From Gammaproteobacteria bacterium (GTDB lineage: Bacteria > Pseudomonadota > Gammaproteobacteria > CAJXQU01): a stretch of 64,000 bases of DNA. The stretch covers positions 2,752,001-2,816,000 of the forward strand of contig CBDEGZ010000003.1 of the NCBI GenBank assembly GCA_965238175.1, in the 5' to 3' direction. A model generated the notes under the pieces. The model did no database searches. It was given only the letters and a program-made list of their open reading frames with translations, and was not told the DNA's origin. Positions 9,906 through 19,822 of the stretch are shown piece by piece. Every line of letters begins with the position of its first letter. Position 1 is the stretch's first letter. Made by a program: the position numbers and the translations under genes.

Positions 9906-10382
9906 TTAGGTTAACTTCCGAAACAGAGATACCATTTCGATGGCTGTTTGCGCTGCATCCGCGCCTTTGTTACCTGCTTTTGTTCCTGCTCTTTCAATCG
10001 CTTGTTCAATTGTATCGCACGTCAACACACCAAATATGACGGGTAATTCATGTCGAGTACTGGCATTTGAGACTCCTTTTGCACACTCTCCTGATACATA
10101 ATCAAAATGCGGTGTTGCACCTTTGATCACAGCACCAAGTGTAATAATTGCATCAAAATTTCCACTGCTAGCTAGCCTTTCAGCAATCACAGGTAGTTCA
10201 AAAGCACCCGGTGCTTTAACAACTGTAATATCAGTTGATTTCACACCATACTGTTTTAATGTGTCGACACAACCACTCAATAACGCGTCGACAATAAAAC
10301 TGTTAAAACGGGTTGAGATCACACCGAACCGTGCCTTTTCTGGTAATTGCAATGTGCCTTCAATCAGTCGGTAATCTTCCAT
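9906..10382 (-). CDS. ribH: 6,7-dimethyl-8-ribityllumazine synthase
   Basis: [39 protein letters not shown]. Confidence 0.97.
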   Translation of the reverse strand: MEDYRLIEGTLQLPEKARFGVISTRFNSFIVDALLSGCVDTLKQYGVKSTDITVVKAPGAFELPVIAERLASSGNFDAIITLGAVIKGATPHFDYVSGECAKGVSNASTRHELPVIFGVLTCDTIEQAIERAGTKAGNKGADAAQTAIEMVSLFRKLT

Positions 10383-10422
10383 AGTATTCTCTAAATAATT
10401 GGTTAGTGCGTGATTCTAACCC

Positions 10423-11523
10423 TTATGATACATATTCGACAATTTCTAAACCAAAGCCGGAAATAGAATGAATTCGTTTTGGTGCACTCAATACACGCAT
10501 TTTCTTAACACCCACATCTGCGAGAATTTGTGCTCCCAAACCGATTACGCGTAAATCTTCCGTTTCGGTTTTAATTCGTATGACCTTTTCTTCAGTATGA
10601 TGATTTCTGATCTGATTGATCATGTCTTCAGTAGAAACCTGATTCCGCAGGATAACCACAACGCCACTTTCTTCATTCGCAACACGTTGCAAAGCATCAC
10701 GTAATGGCCAGCCAAGTTCCGGATCAAGGTTGCCAGTCAGATCACCAATAGGATTCTCTATATGAACCCGTACTAGAGTTTGATCATTTTCTTTAATCTC
10801 ACCTTTCACCATCGCCATATGAAAACTACCATCGATAGTATCTTGATAAGTAGTAAGCTGGAATTCACCGAATTCCGTCTCTATTGGACATTCTGCTACG
10901 CGTTCAACAGTTTTTTCATTCTGTACTCTGAATTCGATCAAATCTGCAATCGTACCTAATTTCAAACCATGTTTTTCAGCAATAATTTCCAGATCGGCCC
11001 GGCGCGCCATGGTGCCGTCTTCATTCATTATTTCAACGATAACCGCAGCAGGTTCAAGCCCGGCAAGCCCAGCAAGATCACACCCTGCTTCAGTATGTCC
11101 TGCTCGCGTTAATACGCCACCAGGTTGAGCCATGACTGGGAAGATATGCCCCGGCTGATGTATATCTGATGGTTGAGCATCCGGATTAATTGCGGCAGTG
11201 ACGGTTGTCGCTCGATCTGCAGCAGAGATCCCGGTTGTTACTCCTTCGGCAGCCTCAATCGAAACGGTAAAGTTCGTCCCCTGGCCTGAAGAGTTGCTCT
11301 GAACCATCAGCGGCAGTTGTAATTGCTCGCAACGTTTCTGCTCTAATGTAAGACAAATCAATCCCCGTCCATGCATCGCCATAAAGTTAATATTTTCTGC
11401 TTTGACACAGCTCGCAGGCATAACAAAATCACCTTCGTTCTCGCGTTGCTCGTCATCAACAATAATAACCATTCGTCCTTGACGAAATTCTTCGATGATT
11501 TCTTCAGTTGTCGCAAATTTCAT
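10423..11523 (-). CDS. ribB: DHBP synthase RibB fused to a degenerate GTP cyclohydrolase II-like domain (RibBX type)
   Basis: [28 protein letters not shown]. The C-terminal domain has [10 protein letters not shown] and lacks the Zn-binding cysteines of RibA. Confidence 0.93.
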   Translation of the reverse strand: MKFATTEEIIEEFRQGRMVIIVDDEQRENEGDFVMPASCVKAENINFMAMHGRGLICLTLEQKRCEQLQLPLMVQSNSSGQGTNFTVSIEAAEGVTTGISAADRATTVTAAINPDAQPSDIHQPGHIFPVMAQPGGVLTRAGHTEAGCDLAGLAGLEPAAVIVEIMNEDGTMARRADLEIIAEKHGLKLGTIADLIEFRVQNEKTVERVAECPIETEFGEFQLTTYQDTIDGSFHMAMVKGEIKENDQTLVRVHIENPIGDLTGNLDPELGWPLRDALQRVANEESGVVVILRNQVSTEDMINQIRNHHTEEKVIRIKTETEDLRVIGLGAQILADVGVKKMRVLSAPKRIHSISGFGLEIVEYVS

Positions 11524-11578
11524 AATGAGTAATCTGTCACAGTTAATTAGCGGATTATAACCGACCTGCCAGATTTAT

Positions 11579-11594
11579 TGTGAACCTATTCTCA
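11579..11594. promoter_or_regulatory. Possible CRP-type site
   Basis: TGTGA-ACCTAT-TCTCA, 9/10 match to TGTGA-N6-TCACA, in the divergent ribB/lipoprotein intergenic region. Confidence 0.35.
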
Positions 11595-11675
11595 AATCTG
11601 TATGCAAATTAGTTCAACCATAAAACCATTCTCGCCTTACTAAGTCACAACCATCGACGACAACGTAAAAACAAA

Positions 11676-12167
11676 ATGGAGGAAATAATGAAATCACAGA
11701 AAATATACATGATTAGCACTGGGGTTATTACATTAGTAACGCTAGCGAGTCTTAGTGCTTGTGGTCACACAAAGTTTGATCGAGGAACAGGTGGTGCGAT
11801 GGTCGGTACAGCCACCGGCGCAGCAGTTGGAGCAGTTACTGGAATAACCATAGCGCAAGGTGCTCTTCTTGGTGCAACAAGTGGTGCCATTGTCGGGTTA
11901 GCGACTGATTCAAATCAAATTAATCTTGGTAAACCTTTCTGGCGAGATAATGCTTCGGAAAATTTATACAAACCAAAAAGTAAACACCATAGCTTTGTCA
12001 GGCAAATTCAATCTGCACTTGCCGCAAAAGGCTATCACCCGGGCCCCTCTGATGGCATAGCAGGAAGACAAACACGAAAAGCGATCCGTGCTTATCAACG
12101 GGATAATGGCTTATTAGTTAATGGACAAGCAAGTCCACAATTGGCTTCTCACATCAAGGGTTATTAG
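11676..12167 (+). CDS. Lipoprotein with glycine zipper and C-terminal peptidoglycan-binding domain
   Basis: Lipobox LSAC; GGAMVGTATGAAVG zipper; PG_binding_1-like VRQIQSAL...GPSDGIAGRQTRKAIRAYQRDNGL. Start may be 11688. Confidence 0.85.
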   Translation: MEEIMKSQKIYMISTGVITLVTLASLSACGHTKFDRGTGGAMVGTATGAAVGAVTGITIAQGALLGATSGAIVGLATDSNQINLGKPFWRDNASENLYKPKSKHHSFVRQIQSALAAKGYHPGPSDGIAGRQTRKAIRAYQRDNGLLVNGQASPQLASHIKGY

Positions 12168-12239
12168 CTCAGAACTATCAGCAAACAATCAAGAAAACAT
12201 ACATGGAAAAATAACTTGATTTAACCCAAAATTTAACTA

Positions 12240-12375
12240 AACCTCAGGTGCGCATAAGAATATATTCTTTAAGATCAATATTTCAAAAACGACTTAGTAT
12301 GATAGTGAGTTTCATATCTATTTGTTTTTGTTGAACAATATATTTCCCCGTCTCTTCTTATGCAAACCTCAGGTT
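12240..12375. repeat. Small element bounded by 21-bp imperfect inverted repeats (MITE-like)
   Basis: AACCTCAGGTGCGCATAAGAA (12240-12260) versus TTCTTATGCAAACCTCAGGTT (12355-12375): 18/21 complementary. Confidence 0.6.
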
Positions 12376-12392
12376 AATTTAGAAGTCTCAAT

Positions 12393-12851
12393 CTATTTTT
12401 CAAAACCATGATCAATTTCTAATGAAATAATATGATCTTCAAGATCATCCGCTTCATCTTCAGGAACCGCCCAACCACCAATAGCAATACCTGCTTTTGA
12501 AACGCTATCAGGATCACCACTAACTAAAGGGTGCCAGGGATAAAGATCTTTGCCTTCGGATAATAATCGGTAAGCGCAGGTTGATGGAAACCAGGAAAAA
12601 ACCTCAGGCTTTTCGGGTGACATGGTGATGCAATCAGGAACCAGCATTGATCGATTTTTGTAATCGGTGCAACGACAGGTTTTGTGATCCAATAATTTGC
12701 AGGCAACTTCGGTATAAAATAATTCACCAGTATCCTCATCTTCCAGCTTAAATAAACAACACCGGGCACAGCCATCACATAATGATTCCCATTCTTGCAT
12801 ATTCATTTCTGTAAGCTTCTTCGTCTTCCAGAAAGGTAATTCTTCACTCAC
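12393..12851 (-). CDS. YcgN-family cysteine-cluster protein
   Basis: FWKTKKLTEM...EWESLCDGCARCCL, CRCTDY, PSTCAYR, WHPLVSG. Confidence 0.92.
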   Translation of the reverse strand: MSEELPFWKTKKLTEMNMQEWESLCDGCARCCLFKLEDEDTGELFYTEVACKLLDHKTCRCTDYKNRSMLVPDCITMSPEKPEVFSWFPSTCAYRLLSEGKDLYPWHPLVSGDPDSVSKAGIAIGGWAVPEDEADDLEDHIISLEIDHGFEK

Positions 12852-13507
12852 AACAAAAAACCTGTACGAGCGAGTAGTTCGGCTGTGATTCCTGGCATCG
12901 CTTCATCACTCTCTTCACTCTTCAGAATCAACCTCTCAAGATAACGAGCAATAATATCAACCTCAATATTAACCTTATGACCAACCGCATAATCACTGAA
13001 AATAGTTTCCTGTAAGGTATGAGGAATGATCTGCAAACTAAACTCATCACCATTCACATGATTAACAGTCAGACTTACGCCATCCACACAAACCGAGCCT
13101 TTGTGAGCAATATATTTCGCCAGAGCTTCTGGAACTCGAATACTAAAACGGGTGGACCGACCTTCGGTCACGCGCTGTGTGATTTTACCTAAACCATCGA
13201 TATGACCAGAAACAAGATGGCCTCCCAAACGATCAGACAATTGCATGGCTCGTTCCAGATTAACAGCCGAACCCGCTTTTAGTCCCCCAAGTGTCGTTAA
13301 CGCAAGCGACTCACGCGAGACATCAACCGAGAAACTGCTCTGATCAAAAGCGACCACTGTCATACATGCGCCGTTAATGCTGATACTTTCGCCCATTTCG
13401 ACATCGTCGAATAGCATATTTCCTACATTAACTTTTAAACGTGAATCCATCTTGCTGGATTTGATCGTCACTATATTCCCTACGGATTGGATAATTCCTG
13501 TAAACAT
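12848..13507 (-). CDS. ribE: Riboflavin synthase alpha chain
   Basis: N-terminal MFTGII, GGHLVSGHIDG, DGVSLTVN. Confidence 0.97.
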   Translation of the reverse strand: MFTGIIQSVGNIVTIKSSKMDSRLKVNVGNMLFDDVEMGESISINGACMTVVAFDQSSFSVDVSRESLALTTLGGLKAGSAVNLERAMQLSDRLGGHLVSGHIDGLGKITQRVTEGRSTRFSIRVPEALAKYIAHKGSVCVDGVSLTVNHVNGDEFSLQIIPHTLQETIFSDYAVGHKVNIEVDIIARYLERLILKSEESDEAMPGITAELLARTGFLL

Positions 13508-13519
13508 ACTTAATCGTAC

Positions 13520-14602
13520 TCAGATAATGTTAGCTATAATTCGAATGTCCTTATCAATTTTCTTCATTCCCTGAATGTCTAATTGTACACAATCAGCCAG
13601 TTTTTCCAGCCCTGTTAATTCAAGTAATGGTTTTGCCGCACCACCCAGGAGTTTAGGTGCAAGATAAATGATCAATTCATCGACTAAACCAGCTTGAATA
13701 AAAGCACCTGAAAGTATTGATCCTGCTTCAACTAATACTTCATTTATTTCTTTCTCAGCCAGCTTTCGCATGGCCTTTTCCAAATCAACTTTTTGATCGG
13801 AATTAGAATCAATTTGGATGATGTTTTTTTGATCTATTTCCTTAGTCGTCATGACTAAGGTTTCACCCGGCAGTTCGCACATTTTTGAATTCAAAGGAAA
13901 ACGATTATGCGAATCTAAAACGACTCTTAAAGGATATCGTCCTGCCATATCCAATTCTGGATCGCGTACATTCAACGAAGGATCATCAGCCAATACCGTT
14001 TCGATACCGGTGACAATAGCAGAACTTCTGGCCCGCCATTTCTGTACATCATTACGTGAAGTTTCGCTGGTAATCCATTGGCTTTCACCAGAGGCCATCG
14101 CCGTTCTTCCATCAAGACTAGCACCAATTTTTATCCGAATAAAAGGCAATCCTGTCTTCATCCGTTTAATAAAACCTGGGTTCAATCCTTCCGCCTGTTC
14201 TGTGCAAATTCCTGATGTGACTTTTATGCCTGCTTTTTCAAGAGCCGCGCTCCCCTTTCCAGCAACTAAAGGATTTGGATCATTCATTGCAATAAAGACT
14301 TCGCTAACTCCAGCCTCGATCAAAGCATCTGTACACGGTGGTGTTTTTCCATGATGACAACAAGGCTCCAAAGTCACATAACAAGTCGCGTCCTTTGCTA
14401 CTGCACCTGCTTGTTCTAACGCATTAACTTCCGCATGTCCTTCACCACTTTTTCGATGATAACCTTCACTAATAATCTGATCATTTTTAACCAAAACACA
14501 GCCCACTCTTGGGTTTGGATGCGATGTAAGCAAACCCTTCCTCGCTAATTGAATAGCGCGGTTCATATATTTTTGATGTGAATTAGGATGTTGCTCGTTC
14601 AT
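13520..14602 (-). CDS. ribD: Bifunctional riboflavin deaminase/reductase
   Basis: PNPRVGC, HAEVNAL, TLEPCCHHGKTPPC, SLDGRTA. Confidence 0.97.
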   Translation of the reverse strand: MNEQHPNSHQKYMNRAIQLARKGLLTSHPNPRVGCVLVKNDQIISEGYHRKSGEGHAEVNALEQAGAVAKDATCYVTLEPCCHHGKTPPCTDALIEAGVSEVFIAMNDPNPLVAGKGSAALEKAGIKVTSGICTEQAEGLNPGFIKRMKTGLPFIRIKIGASLDGRTAMASGESQWITSETSRNDVQKWRARSSAIVTGIETVLADDPSLNVRDPELDMAGRYPLRVVLDSHNRFPLNSKMCELPGETLVMTTKEIDQKNIIQIDSNSDQKVDLEKAMRKLAEKEINEVLVEAGSILSGAFIQAGLVDELIIYLAPKLLGGAAKPLLELTGLEKLADCVQLDIQGMKKIDKDIRIIANII

Positions 14603-14679
14603 TCCGACAGTTTGCTGTGGCTTGTAAAAAGGATCAAGCCATAGTTGATAGCTAATTGCTTATAAGTAATCATTCATAA

Positions 14680-15201
14680 CTAATCGCGTTTTCCTTTACG
14701 CTTTTCAGCGGGAATAAGATCAAGTTGATCTTTTTTTACTTCAGGTGGTAATTCTTTTTCGAGGCTTTCAATTTCATCGAGAAATGCACGTACATCTTCA
14801 AAACTTCGGTAGACAGAAGCGAAACGAACATAGGCAACTTGATCCAGTCTCCGCAATTGTTCCATCACCCAATCACCTACTTTCTGTGAATCTACTTCGC
14901 GTTCACCACTCTCACGTAAATGCCGCTTTATTCGCTCTATGGATATTTCAACCGCATCCATTTCGACGGGACGTTTTTCGAGTGCTCGCAATAAACCAGC
15001 GCGTAGCTTGCCTTCTATGAATGCTTCACGACGACCGTCAGATTTGACGATACGTGGAAGACTAAGCTCAGCCGATTCGTAGGTAGTGAAACGCTCTTTG
15101 CAATCTGTACATTCACGACGACGTCTAATTTGATCACCTTCGCTGGCATCGCGTGAATCTATAACTCTAGTATCAGGTTCAGTGCAAAAAGGACAACGCA
15201 T
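14680..15201 (-). CDS. nrdR: Transcriptional repressor NrdR
   Basis: MRCPFC...[20 protein letters not shown]-cone, [10 protein letters not shown]. Confidence 0.98.
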   Translation of the reverse strand: MRCPFCTEPDTRVIDSRDASEGDQIRRRRECTDCKERFTTYESAELSLPRIVKSDGRREAFIEGKLRAGLLRALEKRPVEMDAVEISIERIKRHLRESGEREVDSQKVGDWVMEQLRRLDQVAYVRFASVYRSFEDVRAFLDEIESLEKELPPEVKKDQLDLIPAEKRKGKRD

Positions 15202-15261
15202 GATTTGTTTTCTTTAATTTGTTTTTTATATTCGTATTCTGAATTTCGGGACATTCAGATC

Positions 15262-15301
15262 AAAAAAACCGCAAGGGCATCAATAAGACATCCTTGCGGT
15301 T
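15262..15301 (-). terminator. Rho-independent terminator after glyA
   Basis: AACCGCAAGG...CCTTGCGGTT stem followed by a T7 tract on the minus strand. Confidence 0.75.
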
Positions 15302-15325
15302 GATCAAAAACACAACTAATTGTTC

Positions 15326-16579
15326 TTACTGCTCGTACAAAGGCAATTTTGCACAAAGTTCAAGTACTTCACTCTTAACGCGAGCGATCGTCGCTTCATC
15401 ACCCATGTTATCCATAATGTCACAGATCCAGGTTGCAACTTGTGCTGCATCTGCTTCTTTAAAGCCACGCGTTGTAATTGAAGGCGTACCAATTCGAATA
15501 CCACTGGTTACAAAAGGAGATTGTGGATCATTTGGAACCGCATTTTTGTTAACGGTGATATTTGCGCTACTTAATGCAGCATCCACTTCTTTACCGGTCA
15601 GACCTTTTTCAATCATGTCGACTAGGAAAAGATGATTATCAGTTCCACCTGAAACAATTTTCAAACCACGAGCAAGAAAAACATCAACCATTGCATTGGC
15701 ATTTTTCTTAACTTGTTGAATGTACGTTTTGAATTCAGGTTCCATACACTCTTTGAAAGCCACGGCTTTAGCCGCGATTGTGTGCATGTGTGGTCCACCT
15801 TGATAGGCAGGGAAAACCATGAAATTGATTTTCTTCTGGATATCTTCGTTAGCTTTACCCATGATGATACCTGAGCGTGGGCCTCGGAGTGTTTTATGAG
15901 TAGTAGATGTCGTGATATCTGCAATACCTACTGGGCTTGGGTATTCACCCGTTGCGACTAAACCAGCAACGTGGGCAATGTCAGCCACCATGATGGCGCC
16001 GACTTTGTCACAGATATCACGGAAACGCTGCCAGTCCCATTCACGTGAATAAGCAGAGAAACCCGTCCAGATCATTTTTGGCTTATGTTCAAGCCCTAAT
16101 GCTTCAGCTTGATCATAATCAACAACACCGTTGTCATCTAAGCCATATTGCACAGCATTAAAAACACGACCTGAAACGTTAACATGTGCACCATGCGTTA
16201 AATGTCCACCATGAGCAAGGCTCAAACCCATAATCGTGTCCCCAGCTTCTAATAGCGCAAGGTAAACTGCACCATTTGCTTGTGAGCCTGAGTGAGGTTG
16301 AACGTTCGCCCAATCTGCACCAAATAATTTACAGGCTCGATCTATTGCTAGCTGTTCTACAACATCAACATACTCACAACCACCATAGTAGCGTTTGCCA
16401 GGATAACCCTCGGCATATTTATTCGTCAGAACCGAACCCTGACATTCCAGAACACGTGGGCTGGTCATATTTTCAGAAGCGATCAATTCGATATCTTCTT
16501 CCTGACGCTTCCTTTCCCCTTCCATTGCTGCATATAGCTCTGGATCAAAACCTTCCACCTTCATATCTTTCGTAAACAT
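15326..16579 (-). CDS. glyA: Serine hydroxymethyltransferase
   Basis: [34 protein letters not shown]. Confidence 0.98.
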   Translation of the reverse strand: MFTKDMKVEGFDPELYAAMEGERKRQEEDIELIASENMTSPRVLECQGSVLTNKYAEGYPGKRYYGGCEYVDVVEQLAIDRACKLFGADWANVQPHSGSQANGAVYLALLEAGDTIMGLSLAHGGHLTHGAHVNVSGRVFNAVQYGLDDNGVVDYDQAEALGLEHKPKMIWTGFSAYSREWDWQRFRDICDKVGAIMVADIAHVAGLVATGEYPSPVGIADITTSTTHKTLRGPRSGIIMGKANEDIQKKINFMVFPAYQGGPHMHTIAAKAVAFKECMEPEFKTYIQQVKKNANAMVDVFLARGLKIVSGGTDNHLFLVDMIEKGLTGKEVDAALSSANITVNKNAVPNDPQSPFVTSGIRIGTPSITTRGFKEADAAQVATWICDIMDNMGDEATIARVKSEVLELCAKLPLYEQ

Positions 16580-16840
16580 TGGGTAAAGTCTCCCATTTAA
16601 ATTAAAAACTTACATAAAACCGAATGACCGTTCTCTACAATTACGCAAATGTTTAGATAAAACGGCCTACATACAAACCATATCACCAGAGAAAACAACC
16701 AGGAGTTAGCATCGAACTAAATCTAGAATATCAAATATTACAGCGTTGTTATAGATATTCTCTAACATTATATAAGTAAAAAAATATAACTACTCGCAAA
16801 CTTAACTCAAGAAATATCTATAAATGTCGCTATACAACGT

Positions 16841-19741
16841 ATGTCCGATGTAGTACTTGAACAACAAGCTGAAGATCAGTCCGAAAGCGAACAACAAACG
16901 TCTGAATCACCTATAGAACGATTTCTTGCCATTAATGCGGCCAGGTTCGCACGCATACAGTCTTCATTAAGCCAAAGAAAAGAAGCATTTCTTGATGCTC
17001 TGCCGATGCTTTTTCATATAAATGATAAAACACTGCCAGGATATGTTTCTGATAAAACCCCATGCGGAATCGCAAACTACACACCTTCTGGTCAATCCAT
17101 GTTTGAAACTCGGCGAATTGCAAAAAATTCTGCTATTGGTAAAAGAGCACCGCAAAAATTTGATCTGCTGGGAATATATTTCATGGGTAGCCCCGGCACA
17201 ATTGCCTATAACGGCAAAAGTGACTTTGATATATGGCTATTCGTTGATCCAGATCTTGAAGAAAAATGCAATGAACTCGATCAAAAAGCAAGATTAATTG
17301 AACAATGGGCAGAAAAATCTGCCATTGAAGTACATTTTTTTATTATCAACCCGAATAAATTCCGTGATGGCGAAACATTACCGATCTCATTAGAAAGCAG
17401 TGGCAGTTCACAACACGGTTTATTGTTAGATGAGTTCTACCGATCAGGTATTTTGATCGCTGGATTACCACTTACATGGTGGTTAGTCGCACCAGAATAT
17501 GAAACACATTATGAGGACTATGTGCATAGTCAGCGAAATGTACAAATTCCCGACATTCCCAATATTGTTCAATGTATAGATCTTGGTCCTTTACTAGAAA
17601 TTGAACCTACTGAATTTTTTGGTGCAGGTATCTGGCAGTTGAACAAGAGTATTGCATCGCCTTATAAATCTGTCTTGAAACTATTATTGATCGAACTCTA
17701 TGCACAAGATGAAAGTGGTATTAGTTTAATTAGCCACCAGTTTAAAAAACGTGTCTACTCCGGGGTCACAGATATTGATCTTCTCGACCCCTGGATATTG
17801 ATGTTTGAGCTTGTTGAAGAATATTTAGAAAATAAAAATGATAAGCTTAGATTAAAAGTCTTACGTCGAAGTTTTTATCTTAAAGTCGATGAAAAATTAT
17901 CTGATACGGTAGACATTAATACCTCTCGTAATTGGCGAAAAAAGATAATCACTAATTTAGTGAAAAAATGGCAGTGGGATGAAGACAAAATCCTGGAACT
18001 TGATTCCAGAAACAACTGGAAGCTTGAGACAGTCACACACGAGCGAACAGATATTGTTAATACTCTAACAAATAGTTTTAGAGTTCTATCACGCTTTTCG
18101 CAAAAAGTAGAAATTCCAAAGATCACAAAAACTGATCTCCAGTTATTGAATCGAAGATTATTTGCAGCTTTTGAAAGGAAAGCTGGAAAAGTGGAAATTA
18201 TCAATCGTGGTATTTCACCTAATATCAATGAAGGTACAGTTTCACTACACATGCTGAGATCAGCGCCAGATCCTTCTTGGGGAATAAGCGAAACACCAAC
18301 AAACACAAGAGCATCGTGGGTGCTTTATCGCGGTATTATCACTGAAAAAGATCTTGGTGATTCAACACATTTAAAACGAACTTCCAGCCTTATTGAAATG
18401 TTGTCGTGGTGCTACTTCAACAAAATTTTAAATGTTGAAAGTAAAATCACCTTGTATTTACCGTCAGACAAAAAAATATCTCAACAAGAAATCAGAACTA
18501 TTCTGGAATCGTTGACTAAACAGTTCCCTCTTGATCAGAAATTTGATAATCAAGCACTTGCTAATCCAGCCCAAATCACCTCTGGTGCCGTCTTTGTAAA
18601 TGCAGGATTAGTTCCAAAATCAGACCCCTCACTAAGCGATACTTTACTGTCCAGTCAACGGAGTAATGCGCTAAGCTATGGCGGCCAGCATGAAAACTTA
18701 ACCAAAACATTTGATCTTGTTTTCACGACCAGCTGGGGTGAAACATTTATAAAAAATTATTCTGGATCAGATAGCCTAATTGATTGCATTACAGAGTATA
18801 TGTCCTGGGCGCCAACGTCACAACAAATCCCACCAGCCGTGCTCGAAGTTTACTGTTATTCTCCAGGTTATGGTGCACAGATTAGAAAAACACTTAATAC
18901 ACTTTTTAGAAATATTGTTGATCATTTTTATAATGAAAATTCGTCGAGTGATGGTAGGTATATACTTGAGATAGAAGATGGATTTCAAAGCCTTGAACGA
19001 CGTGGAGAAGTAATTAATCACAATTTCATCTCTAGTCAGAATGAACTGATTCACTATTTAGAAAAACCAAAAATGCAATTCTCCCATGTGCATTTTGGAC
19101 CATACGCCTGTGATAACACACTATTGCCATCAATCTACACACACAACAAACTAGATTCAGTACAACTATTTTTTTACTTGAATAATAATCAGGCGAATGT
19201 ATACATTTTGGATGAAAAAGGATCACTTTTTATTCAAAATAACTTTTACCTGGATAAACATAGTCTGTTTGGTCACTACAAAACTTTTTCAGATACGATC
19301 ATAGAAAGAATTATGCACAATGACCTGACAAGTTTGTTAGAAGGTTCTGAAGTAACAACAGAGCTCTATCAAATAGAAAAAGATAAATTCAGTGGTTTTA
19401 AAGTTGAAAGTATTTCACTAAAGATGGATCGATCAGATAACTTTTTAAGTTTGCAAGTGCTATGTGATCTTGATGAAAATAATACTGAACAATATACGAT
19501 TTTCTGTCAAGAACAAGAATTTTCTTCCTTGCAATATGGCGATAGTTTATACGAAGTCGTTGCAAAACAAATCATGAAATTTAGAGGCAGTCGTCAAACC
19601 TATCCAGCCTATATAACTGACATTGATCTTTCTCAAGCTATGCTAAGTGATAGTGATAAAAACCAATACCAATCAGTCCAATTCTTTAGATATAAAAAAC
19701 ATATCGAATTAAAATTAACCCGAGCTTTGGAAAAGTTATAG
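16841..19741 (+). CDS. cyaA: Class I adenylate cyclase
   Basis: YFMGSPGTIA...SDFDIW, GSSQHGLLLDEFYRS, SPYKSVLK; 966 aa. Confidence 0.92.
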   Translation: MSDVVLEQQAEDQSESEQQTSESPIERFLAINAARFARIQSSLSQRKEAFLDALPMLFHINDKTLPGYVSDKTPCGIANYTPSGQSMFETRRIAKNSAIGKRAPQKFDLLGIYFMGSPGTIAYNGKSDFDIWLFVDPDLEEKCNELDQKARLIEQWAEKSAIEVHFFIINPNKFRDGETLPISLESSGSSQHGLLLDEFYRSGILIAGLPLTWWLVAPEYETHYEDYVHSQRNVQIPDIPNIVQCIDLGPLLEIEPTEFFGAGIWQLNKSIASPYKSVLKLLLIELYAQDESGISLISHQFKKRVYSGVTDIDLLDPWILMFELVEEYLENKNDKLRLKVLRRSFYLKVDEKLSDTVDINTSRNWRKKIITNLVKKWQWDEDKILELDSRNNWKLETVTHERTDIVNTLTNSFRVLSRFSQKVEIPKITKTDLQLLNRRLFAAFERKAGKVEIINRGISPNINEGTVSLHMLRSAPDPSWGISETPTNTRASWVLYRGIITEKDLGDSTHLKRTSSLIEMLSWCYFNKILNVESKITLYLPSDKKISQQEIRTILESLTKQFPLDQKFDNQALANPAQITSGAVFVNAGLVPKSDPSLSDTLLSSQRSNALSYGGQHENLTKTFDLVFTTSWGETFIKNYSGSDSLIDCITEYMSWAPTSQQIPPAVLEVYCYSPGYGAQIRKTLNTLFRNIVDHFYNENSSSDGRYILEIEDGFQSLERRGEVINHNFISSQNELIHYLEKPKMQFSHVHFGPYACDNTLLPSIYTHNKLDSVQLFFYLNNNQANVYILDEKGSLFIQNNFYLDKHSLFGHYKTFSDTIIERIMHNDLTSLLEGSEVTTELYQIEKDKFSGFKVESISLKMDRSDNFLSLQVLCDLDENNTEQYTIFCQEQEFSSLQYGDSLYEVVAKQIMKFRGSRQTYPAYITDIDLSQAMLSDSDKNQYQSVQFFRYKKHIELKLTRALEKL

Positions 19742-19822
19742 CTTCGCGGTATCTTAACAGTAAGTTCATTGTGGGCTGATCTGCAAAGCCTTATACTGCA
19801 TCAAAAAAGGTAGATCTTCCAA

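Noticed and set aside
11524-16840. FMN riboswitch or other leader riboswitch before the rib genes or glyA
   Set aside because: No recognisable conserved aptamer motifs in the short AT-rich intergenic regions; a covariance-model search would be needed to exclude them fully.
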